The notes: generated from the letters alone by a model not told the origin. Shown: positions 1-9,718, numbered from the stretch's first letter. The stretch is DNA of 64,000 nucleotides from an uncultured bacterium (GCA_964453435.1 CAYVQZ010000002.1:179439-243438), one strand, 5' to 3'. Made by a program: numbers and translations.

Positions 1-403
1 TCGAAAACGTGTCCGATTCCTTCCGGAACCCCGACCCTATTGTTGCGGCCTCGGCGACGAACAAATGGAGAAAGTCGCCGTGTGTCTTCAGGTGATCGAG
101 CAGAAAGCCCGCTATCCGGTCCGCCAGCAAAAGCCAATCGTCCTGTGTGGTGACCGACTTCAAATCCACATTGAACAGTCCCGAAATCGTGAGTTCTCGG
201 TACTGGTGAAGCAACGCCGAGAAGATGTCGGCCTTGTTCTTAAAGTACAGATAGAATGTTCCCTGGGTCACGCCGGCGGCGCGCACAATGTCGGAAATCG
301 TTGTCGCATAATACCCCTTCTTGACAATGATCTCCAAAGCTGCGCCGAGTAGCTCGCGCTCGGTCACCTCTCGCGCGATTTCCGCTGCTCGTGTTCTCGC
401 CAT
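1..403 (-). CDS. TetR/AcrR-family transcriptional regulator, C-terminus runs off the window start
   Basis: Minus-strand reading frame from ATG at 403 gives MARTRAAEIAREVTERELLGAALEIIVKKGYYATTISDIVRAAGVTQGTFYLYFKNKADIFSALL..., with the typical TetR N-terminal HTH. GGGAGAGGG RBS lies 5-10 nt upstream. It sits 15 nt downstream of the radical-SAM stop, in the same operon. It is absent from the ORF track because it is open at the window edge. Confidence 0.8.
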   Translation of the reverse strand, partial: MARTRAAEIAREVTERELLGAALEIIVKKGYYATTISDIVRAAGVTQGTFYLYFKNKADIFSALLHQYRELTISGLFNVDLKSVTTQDDWLLLADRIAGFLLDHLKTHGDFLHLFVAEAATIGSGFRKESDTFS

Positions 404-418
404 CGGGCTTCCCTCTCC

Positions 419-2179
419 CTAACACACACTATCGGCCGGCTCGGGCTCGTCGTACACTTTCAGCGGAGCGGGTTTCTCCGGACCGCGCCCCCTTTTCACG
501 AGGGGAACCTGGCTTACCTCGGGATTGTAGTACCATTTTCTGATGGGCGGGTCGAATGGGTCATCTGCCTTTGGCGCTTTCAACTGCTCCATCCGTTGCT
601 CGACAAGATTGCAGAATCCCGCGGAGAACAACTGCTGCTCGTCGGTTGCCTCTCCGAAAAGGCGATGGTATTGTTCCTTCGCTTCGAGAACCTTCGTGCG
701 CACGGTCTCGCTGGGCGCGTATTTGGCGCATGCCTCCAGAATCGGGTATGTCCTCTGGCAGCGCTCGGCGAAAAAGGGCGCCTTCTGCTCCCGCAACAGC
801 GGACGGTGAGACGTGCTGCATGTCTCATAACCATTCAAATTGATTTCAAAGCCGCGAAATATTCCGGGCCCGTTCTTTTGATACAGTTTCTGATGAGCCA
901 GCTCGAAGTAATTTTTCAATTCCCCATGCTCGAAATTCTTCGGAATAAATGTTCCGTCATTGCATTGTTGGATGTCGTGATAGGTGAGCTTGGGATTGAT
1001 TCTTCCGTTCTCCTTCATCCTCTTGTACAGTTCCGTTCCCGGACATGCCGTAAGGAACGTAATCTGATATGCCGGCGGCGCGAGGTCCACAAAGAAGTCT
1101 ATATCCTCCACAATATTGTCCGGAGTATGGAAATCCCATCCGAGCACCATCGACGCCGTAGAGCCGATACCGTATTCCGCCATGGCGCGGAACGTGGATT
1201 TAATGTCGTCGCACGAGCGTTTCTCAATTTTGTGTTCCGACGTTATAACGTCGCTGATGCTCGATTCGACACCGATCCAGACCGAATCAACGCCGCATTC
1301 CAACAGTTCTTCCATGCTGTAATGAGTCATGGAGCGCAAATCACCAAAGCAAAAATAGCCCAGCTTGCGCAGACCGTATTCCTTGTCCTCCCGAATCAGC
1401 TTTCCGAGTTGTCTCACATAATCGGGATTGAGAAGAAGGTCCTCATCCAAAAGAGATACCGATGTGGCCATGCCCCCGTTTCGCCTGCAGAAATGCTTCA
1501 GGGTTTCAAACGTCTCCTCGGGCGAGGCAACATACATCTTCTGCTTTTTGAACATGGCGGAAGTGCAGCAGAACTCACAACCGTTCGGACACCCGAGCGC
1601 GACCAGCATCATCGCGTTCATCGACTTCGATGAATATGAAAAACCTTCCGCGCCGGGGAAGTGCGTCTCGTTCAAGGGAAGATACTTCTGCATTATCGGC
1701 CTGTCCACCGGTTCATCCCCCAGTATCTTGCGCATGAAGCGCACACCCTCTTCCCGACACAGGAAATCGGCCTCCCGCAAGAGGTATTCCCCGTCTCCGC
1801 TTGTTTCGCCCGGCGGCGGGTCGTCAAGATTCAGGATGCCGTAACCGCCGATAATGACCTTCGTCCGGGGAGCGATCTCTCGCGCAATACGAATCATCCG
1901 CGCCACTTTTCCAATGTTCAGCGCGATGAGCTGAATACCGACGTAGTCATATCCCTTCCTCAGTTCTTCAACGTAGTCCTCAATATGGGGGAACTCCATC
2001 ACGGTCGCCTGGGCACGAACGTTCTCCGCAATGAGGTAAAGCGCCAGGCAAGGAGAATACGACGAGAGCGAGAAAGGACCCTGTCCCCGCTGGAGGCGCG
2101 ACTGAAGAATGTCATACTGATTCTCGCCCCACTCGAGGTCGTATGGCCCATACGGATTGGTAAGGAGTACGCGTTTCAT
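419..2179 (-). CDS. B12-binding radical SAM protein (class B-type radical SAM enzyme)
   Basis: 586 aa with a CxxxCxxC cluster (GCPNGCEFCC). An N-terminal region precedes the radical SAM core. Function is unknown. Confidence 0.75.
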   Translation of the reverse strand: MKRVLLTNPYGPYDLEWGENQYDILQSRLQRGQGPFSLSSYSPCLALYLIAENVRAQATVMEFPHIEDYVEELRKGYDYVGIQLIALNIGKVARMIRIAREIAPRTKVIIGGYGILNLDDPPPGETSGDGEYLLREADFLCREEGVRFMRKILGDEPVDRPIMQKYLPLNETHFPGAEGFSYSSKSMNAMMLVALGCPNGCEFCCTSAMFKKQKMYVASPEETFETLKHFCRRNGGMATSVSLLDEDLLLNPDYVRQLGKLIREDKEYGLRKLGYFCFGDLRSMTHYSMEELLECGVDSVWIGVESSISDVITSEHKIEKRSCDDIKSTFRAMAEYGIGSTASMVLGWDFHTPDNIVEDIDFFVDLAPPAYQITFLTACPGTELYKRMKENGRINPKLTYHDIQQCNDGTFIPKNFEHGELKNYFELAHQKLYQKNGPGIFRGFEINLNGYETCSTSHRPLLREQKAPFFAERCQRTYPILEACAKYAPSETVRTKVLEAKEQYHRLFGEATDEQQLFSAGFCNLVEQRMEQLKAPKADDPFDPPIRKWYYNPEVSQVPLVKRGRGPEKPAPLKVYDEPEPADSVC

Positions 2180-2272
2180 CGGAACACCTCTCAGACTTTG
2201 TTTTCGCGGCTTCGCGATTCGAGTTTCCGTTGAACACCCCGAAGGCTCAAGGCTCCGGCGCGCTTGAGCTAA

Positions 2273-2292
2273 CTGACTGATACGTCAGTCAG
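2273..2292. promoter_or_regulatory. Perfect inverted repeat CTGACTGA-tacg-TCAGTCAG upstream of the radical SAM-TetR operon; candidate TetR operator
   Basis: 8-bp arms with a 4-nt loop, read directly, about 95 nt upstream of the radical SAM start at 2179. TetR regulators commonly bind such palindromes. Confidence 0.3.
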
Positions 2293-2550
2293 CTTATCAC
2301 ACCCGACGTCTCCTGTCAAGATGTGGCCATCGAAAATACAACCCTCATAGTGGAGTATTCCGGCCCCTGCGCCCCAACGACCCGAAAACATTTCCGCAAC
2401 CTTTCAAGACGACTTGCAACATGCGAAGGCTCCAACTGCAAGATGTATGTATCTTTGATAGCCGGGCCTGTTATCGGAACGCAGGAATTTTGGTGAGCCT
2501 GCTGGCAGTGTCTCCAAAAACGTGTACGGAACGATGTGCCCGATGCCCGC

Positions 2551-2579
2551 TTGACACAGCCCGCAGCACCGTGTAAAAT
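2551..2579 (+). promoter_or_regulatory. Candidate sigma70 promoter (TTGACA-17nt-TAAAAT) oriented toward the cytochrome/oxidoreductase operon
   Basis: TTGACA at 2551-2556, a 17-nt spacer, then TAAAAT at 2574-2579 with TG immediately upstream. About 180 nt upstream of the first operon gene. Confidence 0.35.
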
Positions 2580-2758
2580 AAAGAAACCAACCAAAAAGAC
2601 TGCAAGTTCGGTCCCCGAAACACACACCTCCAGAAGGTTTCATCCTCTGGTTGTTAATTCGGCCTGATAATAAAAAATGAATAAGAGCGACGAATACTCA
2701 AAATCGCATCTGCGGTCACATTCAAATCTGCCGGCCGCGGAACCGGCCGCAGCGTAAG

Positions 2759-3406
2759 TTGAAAAGAGCGATAGTGGGCAAAATATCAAAGAAGAAGAAT
2801 TCGGCCATCACGCTCGGAATATTTGTCGGTGGATTCGTATTCCTCCATCTGGTGGGTCGCCATGGCATGCCCTTACTCATGTATACGCGACAATCACAGC
2901 CGGTGAGCTTCAGTCATGCGATCCACGGTCGGGATGTCGGCATCTCCTGCGAGACCTGTCATTTCTTTTATGCGGATGGCAGTTGGTCGGGAATCCCCAC
3001 TATCGACGTCTGCGCAAACTGCCATAGCGAAGTTCTTGGGGAGTCAGAGGCCGAGAAGCATTTTGTCGAGAACTATGTGAAAAAAGACAGAGAAGTGGAA
3101 TGGGGCCTCTATTTCAGACAACCTCAGTGCGTGTCTTTCTCGCATTCCTCGCACGTCAGAGGCGCAGAACTCGCCTGTGAAACGTGTCACGGCCCCCAGG
3201 GTCTCTCCGACCAATCAACGAGATATCTGACCAACCGAGTTACAAAATACAGCTACGTGCTGTACGGCTCGGAAACAGAAAAGAATCTGAGTGCGGTGAT
3301 ACGCAAGAAGAGAAGCAACGTGTGGGGAACCATGGGAATGAACGAGTGCGCAGAGTGTCATCGAGCCAGAGGAACAAGTACGGCATGTTTTATTTGTCAC
3401 AGATAA
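2759..3406 (+). CDS. Membrane-anchored pentaheme cytochrome c (QrcA/ActA-like)
   Basis: Five CxxCH motifs (CETCH, CANCH, CETCH, CAECH, CFICH) and an N-terminal TM helix ITLGIFVGGFVFLHLV. The start is uncertain: TTG at 2759 or GTG at 2774. Confidence 0.75.
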   Translation: MKRAIVGKISKKKNSAITLGIFVGGFVFLHLVGRHGMPLLMYTRQSQPVSFSHAIHGRDVGISCETCHFFYADGSWSGIPTIDVCANCHSEVLGESEAEKHFVENYVKKDREVEWGLYFRQPQCVSFSHSSHVRGAELACETCHGPQGLSDQSTRYLTNRVTKYSYVLYGSETEKNLSAVIRKKRSNVWGTMGMNECAECHRARGTSTACFICHR

Positions 3407-3437
3407 ACGGAATGTATCGGGGTTGGGAAACCGTCAA

Positions 3438-5825
3438 ATGAATATTAGTCGGAATGCATTCCTCAAAGCCCTCGCGTTTGCCGGCGGAGGCGCCTTCGGC
3501 TTCATCTCTTCGCCTGCTCCCTGGCATCTTGTCAGAGACCTCGCCCGGTGGACCCAAAATTGGCCGTGGGTTCCGGTTCCCCCTGCGGGAGAGCCGTCCT
3601 TTGAAAAGACTGTCTGTTCCATGTGTGACGGCGGTTGCGGCATACGCGTGAGAAAGCTCGGCCAAAGGCTTGTGAGAGTGGACGGAGACCCGCATCATCC
3701 CATCAACCAAGGGGCGCTCTGTCCGCTTGGCACAGCTTCCCTGCAAATGGCGTATGGCCCCTCCCGCATTCGAGAACCAATGAAACGGGTCGGCCCGAAA
3801 ACGAATCCTGGCTGGAGCCCCGTCACGTGGGAGGACGCCATTGCGGAAGTCGCCTCCAAGGTCAATGAACTGCGGAGTTCGGAAGAATCTCAATCGCTCG
3901 TCTGCCTCACAGGCGGCTGCGAGAATACAACAAATCATTTGTTCCAACGCTTCCTCCATGCAGTCGGCTCCCGAAATTTCATTAAGATGAATTCGCAGAC
4001 CCATGCCCGCAACATCGTCTTAAAACTTATGCAGGGAGTCGACGGAAGCCTCGCCTACGACATCGAGCATTCAAAGTTTATCCTCAGTTTCGGATGCTCT
4101 TTGCTTGAAGGATGGGGAACATGGGGACGACTCCATCGGGCGTGTCTCAGAATGTTCGATGAGCCGGACTCGCGTGAGATTGTCCAAGTGGAACCCAACT
4201 TTTCCCTGACCGCCTCCAGGGCCGCGCAATGGATTCCCATCAAGCCCGGCGCCGAGGGGGCTCTTGCGCTCGGCCTCGCGCACGTCCTCATCAGGGAAGA
4301 CCTCTACGACAAAGAATTCGTCGCCAACCATTGTTTCGGCTTCGATGAATGGATAGACCAGGATGGAACGAAACATCTCGGGTTCAAAGAACATGTTCTG
4401 TCGCACTATTCTCCTCCGGCCGTTGAACGCATAACAACGGCGCCGGCGCGCCGAATAGAGGAACTCGCGCATCAGTTTGCTTCGAAACATCCCTCCGTTG
4501 CGCTTGCCGGAGGGGGACGCGGCGACCAGTTTGCATCCATCTACGACCTGATGGCCGTGCACAGCCTGAATGCGCTTGTCGGAAACATCAACCGGCCGGG
4601 AGGCGTTTTTTTGAAACAGAATCCGCCGGTCACACCCCTTCCGCCCGTCGTGATGGATGACGAGGCAAAGCGCGGATATGCTGTTGAGCGGATCGACCGC
4701 GCCGGCTCTGAAGAGTGTCCGTTTTCGGAGTCGCTGCCCGGCAACATTGAGGCCGAACGAATCAGAGTGCTTCTCATCCATGACGCAAATCCGTATTATG
4801 CGCTGCCCGAACGGGAAATCGCTGAGGAGCTGTTCGCAACAGTCCCGTATATCATAAGCTTTGCTTCGTACTGGGATGAAAGCGCGACACGGGCCAATCT
4901 GATACTGCCTGTATCGGAGATTTTCGAGAGGTGGGACGACTGTTTTTCGGCGCCGGAAACGCCGCACCCCGTCTATAACTTTGCCAAACCCGTGGTTGAC
5001 CCGCTTTACAACACCAGAAGCGCCGGTGACATCCTGATACAGGTGGCGGGACAAATGGGCGGAACCGTTGCGGAATCGTTTCCCTGGAACGACATGAAGG
5101 AAGTGTTCGAAGCGAGAACCAAAGGTCTGTTCCAATCGGGAGAGGGAATGATAAATACGCCGGAAGCCGCCAGCATTCTGCAGAAGGGCCATTTCTCCGA
5201 CGAAACTATCTCGCCGAATTATTCCTCCTTCTCGACGATGTGGCGGAAACTCCTGGAGAATAATTGCTGGTTCGATTCATATAAGGAGCAGGACGGAACG
5301 GAAGAGTCTCTAAGAACGCCGAGTCGAAAATTCGAGTTTTTCAGCCAGGCTCTTCGCTCTGCGTTTCGATTCTCTGACGACATCAAATGTATGCCTCATT
5401 ATCAGGAGCGTCTCCCGATCGCAGAAGGTTTCGACCTCATTATAATGCCCGAGGAAAATATCCTCGTGGCCGATGACGGCAAGGGGACCCCACCATTCCT
5501 GATGAAGCAGCTTAGCGATAAAGAGCTCTTGAAGGATGAACTGTTTGTCCGAATGAATCCGATAACCGCCATGTATCACGGTTTGCATGAGGGGGACAGA
5601 GTGCTCCTTGAATCCCCGAAGGGCAAGGTTCAGGTGAGACTGCACCTATTCGAAGGCATTCGCGAGGGAGTGGCGCTCATCCCTCTCGGGTTTGGGCACA
5701 CGGCATTTGATAAATTCATAAGCAACAAGGGAGTCAACGCGCATGAGATTCTCGAAGCGCGGAAGGACGCCGTAAGTGGACTTGCTACCTGGTGGGCTAC
5801 ACCCGGGAGGATAACAAAGGTTTGA
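3438..5825 (+). CDS. Molybdopterin-oxidoreductase family (CISM) catalytic-type subunit, QrcB/PsrA-like
   Basis: About 795 aa. N-terminal S-R-N-A-F-L-K Tat-like motif in which RN replaces RR. CxxCxxxC...C FeS-binding motif (CSMCDGGCGIRV...ALCPLG). Start ATG at 3438 preferred over the track's TTG at 3423. Confidence 0.75.
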   Translation: MNISRNAFLKALAFAGGGAFGFISSPAPWHLVRDLARWTQNWPWVPVPPAGEPSFEKTVCSMCDGGCGIRVRKLGQRLVRVDGDPHHPINQGALCPLGTASLQMAYGPSRIREPMKRVGPKTNPGWSPVTWEDAIAEVASKVNELRSSEESQSLVCLTGGCENTTNHLFQRFLHAVGSRNFIKMNSQTHARNIVLKLMQGVDGSLAYDIEHSKFILSFGCSLLEGWGTWGRLHRACLRMFDEPDSREIVQVEPNFSLTASRAAQWIPIKPGAEGALALGLAHVLIREDLYDKEFVANHCFGFDEWIDQDGTKHLGFKEHVLSHYSPPAVERITTAPARRIEELAHQFASKHPSVALAGGGRGDQFASIYDLMAVHSLNALVGNINRPGGVFLKQNPPVTPLPPVVMDDEAKRGYAVERIDRAGSEECPFSESLPGNIEAERIRVLLIHDANPYYALPEREIAEELFATVPYIISFASYWDESATRANLILPVSEIFERWDDCFSAPETPHPVYNFAKPVVDPLYNTRSAGDILIQVAGQMGGTVAESFPWNDMKEVFEARTKGLFQSGEGMINTPEAASILQKGHFSDETISPNYSSFSTMWRKLLENNCWFDSYKEQDGTEESLRTPSRKFEFFSQALRSAFRFSDDIKCMPHYQERLPIAEGFDLIIMPEENILVADDGKGTPPFLMKQLSDKELLKDELFVRMNPITAMYHGLHEGDRVLLESPKGKVQVRLHLFEGIREGVALIPLGFGHTAFDKFISNKGVNAHEILEARKDAVSGLATWWATPGRITKV

Positions 5826-5833
5826 GAAACGAC

Positions 5834-6583
5834 ATGAAGCGGGATTCCGCTCAAGGAGCGCTTATCCGCTACGGGATGATTATAGACCTTGACAAGTGCA
5901 CCGGATGCGGTAACTGCGCGGTCGCCTGTCATATGGAGAACAACGTCCCATTCATGGTAGACGAAAGCGACAAGGCGCGCAACATTGCCTGGATGAGGAT
6001 TTATCGTGTTACCAATGGGGCGGAATATCCGCGCATTCGAGTGGCCCATATTCCGCGGCCCTGCATGCAATGCGACCACCACACACCGTGCGTCTCTGTC
6101 TGTCCTGCCAGCGCGACAAACTATGACAAAGACACGGGACTCGTCGACCAGATAAACACCCGATGCATCGGTTGCCGTTATTGCATGGCGGCGTGTCCGT
6201 ACATGGTTCGATGCTTTAATTGGTGGGACCCGGTCTGGCCCGCGGACACAGAGAAATACCTCAACCCCGATGTCGCGCCGAGGATGCGGGGCGTAGTGGA
6301 AAAATGCACATTCTGCTCGCATAGGTACACGAAGGCAAAAAACAAAGCTCATGCGGAAGGTCGAACCGCATTGGAAAAGGGTGAGTACATGCCCGCCTGT
6401 GTCGAGGCATGCCCCGTCGGCGCCATGTATTTCGGCGATTTAAACAACCCCGCTGACGAGGTGGCGGTCTTTGCCAGGAGCGAACGCGCATTCAGGCTTC
6501 TCGAAAGCCTGCGTTCCGAACCGAAAGTATATTACCTCAGCTCCGAGAGTTGGGTGAAGCGATGGGCGGACAACGGCAGATGA
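5834..6583 (+). CDS. 4Fe-4S ferredoxin-type iron-sulfur subunit (QrcC/PsrB-like)
   Basis: Multiple CxxCxxCxxxCP clusters (CTGCGNCAVACH, CIGCRYCMAACP, CVEACP). Start taken at MKRDSAQG; the track ORF starts earlier, overlapping the upstream gene. Confidence 0.75.
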   Translation: MKRDSAQGALIRYGMIIDLDKCTGCGNCAVACHMENNVPFMVDESDKARNIAWMRIYRVTNGAEYPRIRVAHIPRPCMQCDHHTPCVSVCPASATNYDKDTGLVDQINTRCIGCRYCMAACPYMVRCFNWWDPVWPADTEKYLNPDVAPRMRGVVEKCTFCSHRYTKAKNKAHAEGRTALEKGEYMPACVEACPVGAMYFGDLNNPADEVAVFARSERAFRLLESLRSEPKVYYLSSESWVKRWADNGR

Positions 6584-6617
6584 ATCGCTCAGGTCTATAA
6601 ATAAGTCATACAGGCGA

Positions 6618-7871
6618 GTGAATCAAATGAGTTCAACAACGAACGACCCTCAGAAAATTCAAAGATGTTCGAGCGCAAGGTTCTTTCTGTGGGTGTCATT
6701 TTGGGCAATCGTGCTGCTCTGGGGGCTCTTCGGGGCGGCGTTGTGCCTGCTCAAAGGCTTGAACCAGACCGGAATGAATAACTATTTCGTTTTCGGCCTC
6801 TGGATTACGGTTGACCTGGCCATTATCGCACTCGGCGCGGGAGCGTTTTTCAGCGGATTCCTTTTCTACGTTCTGCGGATGGAATCTCTGCGAGAATTGA
6901 TCGGAGCCGCAGTTGTCGTCGGCTTTATATGTTATAGCGGCGCCGTCGGCATGTTGACCGTAGACATCGGGCAGCCCCTGCGCGGATACTTCAGCTTTTG
7001 GCACGCGAATGTCCATTCCATGTTGACGGAGGTAATCTTTTGCATTACGACATACTTGTTCGTGTTGACTATTGAATGCGTGCCCCTGGTGACCGGGAAT
7101 GCAACGGTCGGTAAGGCGCCGTTCCTCAGACGGTTGGGAGAGCACTTGCACGAGATCATGGTGGTCTTCGCGATTATCGGGGCTTTCCTCTCATTTTTTC
7201 ATCAGGGCTCTCTCGGAGGGATGTTCGGTGTTCTGTATGCCCGGCCGTTTTCCTACAGAGCCGGTATTGGAATATGGCCGACCACTTTTTTCCTGTTCAT
7301 CCTGTCTGCGGTTGCGGCCGGCCCCGCCTTCACAACTCTTGTGATTTGGACGACCCAGAAAATCAGCGGACGCCGTCTTGTCGCACGAGCGACTCTCTCA
7401 AAAATTGCAAAACTATCAGCCATTCTGCTTATGATTTACCTTGTTCTGAAGGCCGCAGACACAATCTATTGGGCAAATGTTACGGCGCCGTCCATGAATC
7501 TCAATTTCTCCGGCTTTTACCAGTCTCCCTATGGAATGTGGCTGCTGTTTTCCGAACTCTATCTGTTCGGATTGGTGCCGGCAATTATTCTGCTGATACC
7601 GAGGGCGCGGGACAACGATTTCTGGTTGGTCGCGGGATGCCTGTTTATGTGCGTCGGGATCGCCATTAATCGCTTCTCCGTGGCCATCCAGACACTTGCG
7701 ATTCCGGTTCTTCCATTCGAACGATTCATGGTTTACGTCCCCACATGGCAGGAGTGGTCGATTGTGGCCGCCGTCATCGCCTATGGCGTCATTGTCTTTT
7801 CTCTTGCATATCGCTATTTGAATCTGTTCCCCCGGGAAATAGAATTGAACACATTGGAACGCATGGAGTAA
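6618..7871 (+). CDS. NrfD/PsrC-family polytopic membrane quinone-interacting subunit (QrcD-like)
   Basis: 417 aa, highly hydrophobic with multiple predicted TM helices. Position follows the Mo and FeS subunits, as in CISM complexes. Confidence 0.75.
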   Translation: MNQMSSTTNDPQKIQRCSSARFFLWVSFWAIVLLWGLFGAALCLLKGLNQTGMNNYFVFGLWITVDLAIIALGAGAFFSGFLFYVLRMESLRELIGAAVVVGFICYSGAVGMLTVDIGQPLRGYFSFWHANVHSMLTEVIFCITTYLFVLTIECVPLVTGNATVGKAPFLRRLGEHLHEIMVVFAIIGAFLSFFHQGSLGGMFGVLYARPFSYRAGIGIWPTTFFLFILSAVAAGPAFTTLVIWTTQKISGRRLVARATLSKIAKLSAILLMIYLVLKAADTIYWANVTAPSMNLNFSGFYQSPYGMWLLFSELYLFGLVPAIILLIPRARDNDFWLVAGCLFMCVGIAINRFSVAIQTLAIPVLPFERFMVYVPTWQEWSIVAAVIAYGVIVFSLAYRYLNLFPREIELNTLERME

Positions 7872-7875
7872 AAGT

Positions 7876-8073
7876 ATGTGGCCGACAATATTTGAATTCA
7901 GTTGGGATACCGGCCATATGATCTTCTTCGGCGTTTTCTACGCCATAGCCATCGCAATCGCGACAAGTATCGTGTACGCCGTTACACGGTCGATTGTCGA
8001 TATGTTCACCGATGCTGAAGATGTTCTTTCGAATCACTTGGATGAGAGAACAAATTATGCGCAAGAGGAATGA
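7876..8073 (+). CDS. Small (65 aa) membrane protein, possible accessory subunit
   Basis: GGAG 8 nt upstream of ATG. Hydrophobic helix IFFGVFYAIAIAIATSIVYAV. It lies 5 nt after the NrfD-like gene. Confidence 0.4.
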   Translation: MWPTIFEFSWDTGHMIFFGVFYAIAIAIATSIVYAVTRSIVDMFTDAEDVLSNHLDERTNYAQEE

Positions 8074-8193
8074 CCGGCTTTTCCTGCCGATTATTATGTC
8101 GCCCGGCGGCGTGGGAAAGACGCGCGTCCCATGGTCAATGACTGAAGAAGATTGTCGCAACGCCCGGATGGATGAATGGGGGAGGACCAATTG

Positions 8194-9228
8194 ATGTGTC
8201 GAAAGAGACTGATTATCCCTGCTATCGTCATTATCTCCGTATTCTGGTTGGTGTTTTCCGCGCTTGCAGGGGAAGCTGCGAAAGAGCGCGAACCGCAGGA
8301 GTGCGTCTATGTCGGAGTGAAGAAGTGCGCCTTCTGCCATGTCCGGCTCGATGATTCGCTTCGAACATGGGCCATCACCAAGCACGCCAACGCCCTGGCC
8401 GCCCTTCGCACGCCCGAGGCGAAAAAGTTCTCGCCGGCCCCCGACGAAGACCCAAAATGCCTCAAATGTCACATGACGGGCACGATTCTTGACCCCGTGG
8501 ATATCGAGGTTGTTCACGACTTTCAGGGAGTCCAGTGCGAGATGTGTCATGGCCCCGGAAAACTCTACAAGATCGAAATGGCGCGCGCGCTTCCGATTCA
8601 CGAAGAATTGAATGAGGAGGAATGCACTCGAAGAGGTTTGGTCATCCCAACCGAACAAACCTGCCGCAAATGCCACAACGAAGAATGTCCTGTTTATCAC
8701 GGGTTCGATTTCGACGAGGCCGTCAAGTTGATCAAACACGGCCAGAAGGAGGTAAAGTGCGAATATATCGGTCAGGAAAAATGTACCTTCTGCCATGTCA
8801 AGGCTGATGAATCCGCGTCGGTATGGGTAATCTTGAAACATATCAACGCATTCTCGGTGCTTCAAACAGAACTGGCCAAAAAGTTCTCCAACGACCCCAC
8901 CAACGACGAAAGGTGCCTGGAATGCCATTCCACAGGCTTGAATGCGCCGGGTGGCTATTCCGTCGACGATCCCGCAAGTGAAAAGCTTGAGGGTGTCCAG
9001 TGCGAGATGTGCCATGGATGGGGATATAGTTATGTCGAAACCATGGCGAAGGCCAAGACACTGGGTCTTCATGGCGTAAAAAACGATTGTGTGCGGCACG
9101 GACTCGTCATACCGGACGAAAACGTGTGCGTCCGGTGCCACAACAGCCGCTGTCCGGTCTTCACCGGATTCGATTTCGAGGCCAGCCTAAAACAGCTAAA
9201 GCACGGGAAAGCCTTCAAAAAGCACTAA
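8194..9228 (+). CDS. Periplasmic octaheme cytochrome c formed by tandem duplication of a tetraheme unit
   Basis: Eight CxxCH motifs with a signal peptide. The two halves are clearly homologous (CAFCHV../CTFCHV.., GVQCEMCHGPG/GVQCEMCHGWG, CRKCHNEECPVYHGFDFDEAVKLIKHG/CVRCHNSRCPVFTGFDFEASLKQLKHG). GGGGGAGG RBS before ATG 8194. Confidence 0.8.
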   Translation: MCRKRLIIPAIVIISVFWLVFSALAGEAAKEREPQECVYVGVKKCAFCHVRLDDSLRTWAITKHANALAALRTPEAKKFSPAPDEDPKCLKCHMTGTILDPVDIEVVHDFQGVQCEMCHGPGKLYKIEMARALPIHEELNEEECTRRGLVIPTEQTCRKCHNEECPVYHGFDFDEAVKLIKHGQKEVKCEYIGQEKCTFCHVKADESASVWVILKHINAFSVLQTELAKKFSNDPTNDERCLECHSTGLNAPGGYSVDDPASEKLEGVQCEMCHGWGYSYVETMAKAKTLGLHGVKNDCVRHGLVIPDENVCVRCHNSRCPVFTGFDFEASLKQLKHGKAFKKH

Positions 9229-9351
9229 TCCCTTATTGCTCGGTCGGAACTGTCCCGATTGATGCGCTATTGCTCCGTTGCGCGAGCCGGAGCCCCGCGC
9301 CATCGCTGCGCGAGGGAATCCCAGGAGGATGTCCCATGATCGACAATCCGT

Positions 9352-9451
9352 GCGTAGGGGGCAGCCCGCCAATCTATCCCGCGAATGCGCGGGACTTCGC
9401 TCCGCTCAGCGATGAACAAGGGGGGATTCCGTAATTGGGTACAGCCCCTAC
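9352..9451. repeat. Degenerate copy of the dispersed 'tatcccgcgaa(a/t)gcgcgggacttcgct..gctcagcga' hairpin element, bounded by inverted CGTAGGGGC/GCCCCTACG
   Basis: Direct match to the 90-bp element found at 38.3, 41.8, 49.7 and 62.0 kb. Confidence 0.5.
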
Positions 9452-9718
9452 GCTGGCTTATCGGCAATATGGAAAATCGCAGGAAAGTCTCCCCGGGCCT
9501 CTTTGTCCCTCCAATCATCGGTTAATCGGTCTCAGAAACCAGCCGTTTCCGGCGCAGACACTCCGGACTTTTTCCGGGTTCCCTCCGGATTTTTCGTTCC
9601 CCCAAGGCTTGCGCTCATATTGAAAAATAAACTGAACATCTTTCTTGACATTGATTTACAGCTATGCTAAAATGCGCCGAAACGGGAGAATAATATTCAT
9701 CGCATCGAGGAGGCAAGA

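Noticed and set aside
596-1633. 345-aa plus-strand ORF
   Set aside because: Antisense to the radical SAM gene, which has the CxxxCxxC cluster. It has no domain signal.
4071-5192. 373-aa minus-strand ORF
   Set aside because: Antisense inside the molybdopterin-family gene.
3438-5825. Selenocysteine (in-frame TGA) in the molybdopterin-family subunit, as in formate dehydrogenases
   Set aside because: The ORF is uninterrupted and no SECIS-like hairpin context was noted.
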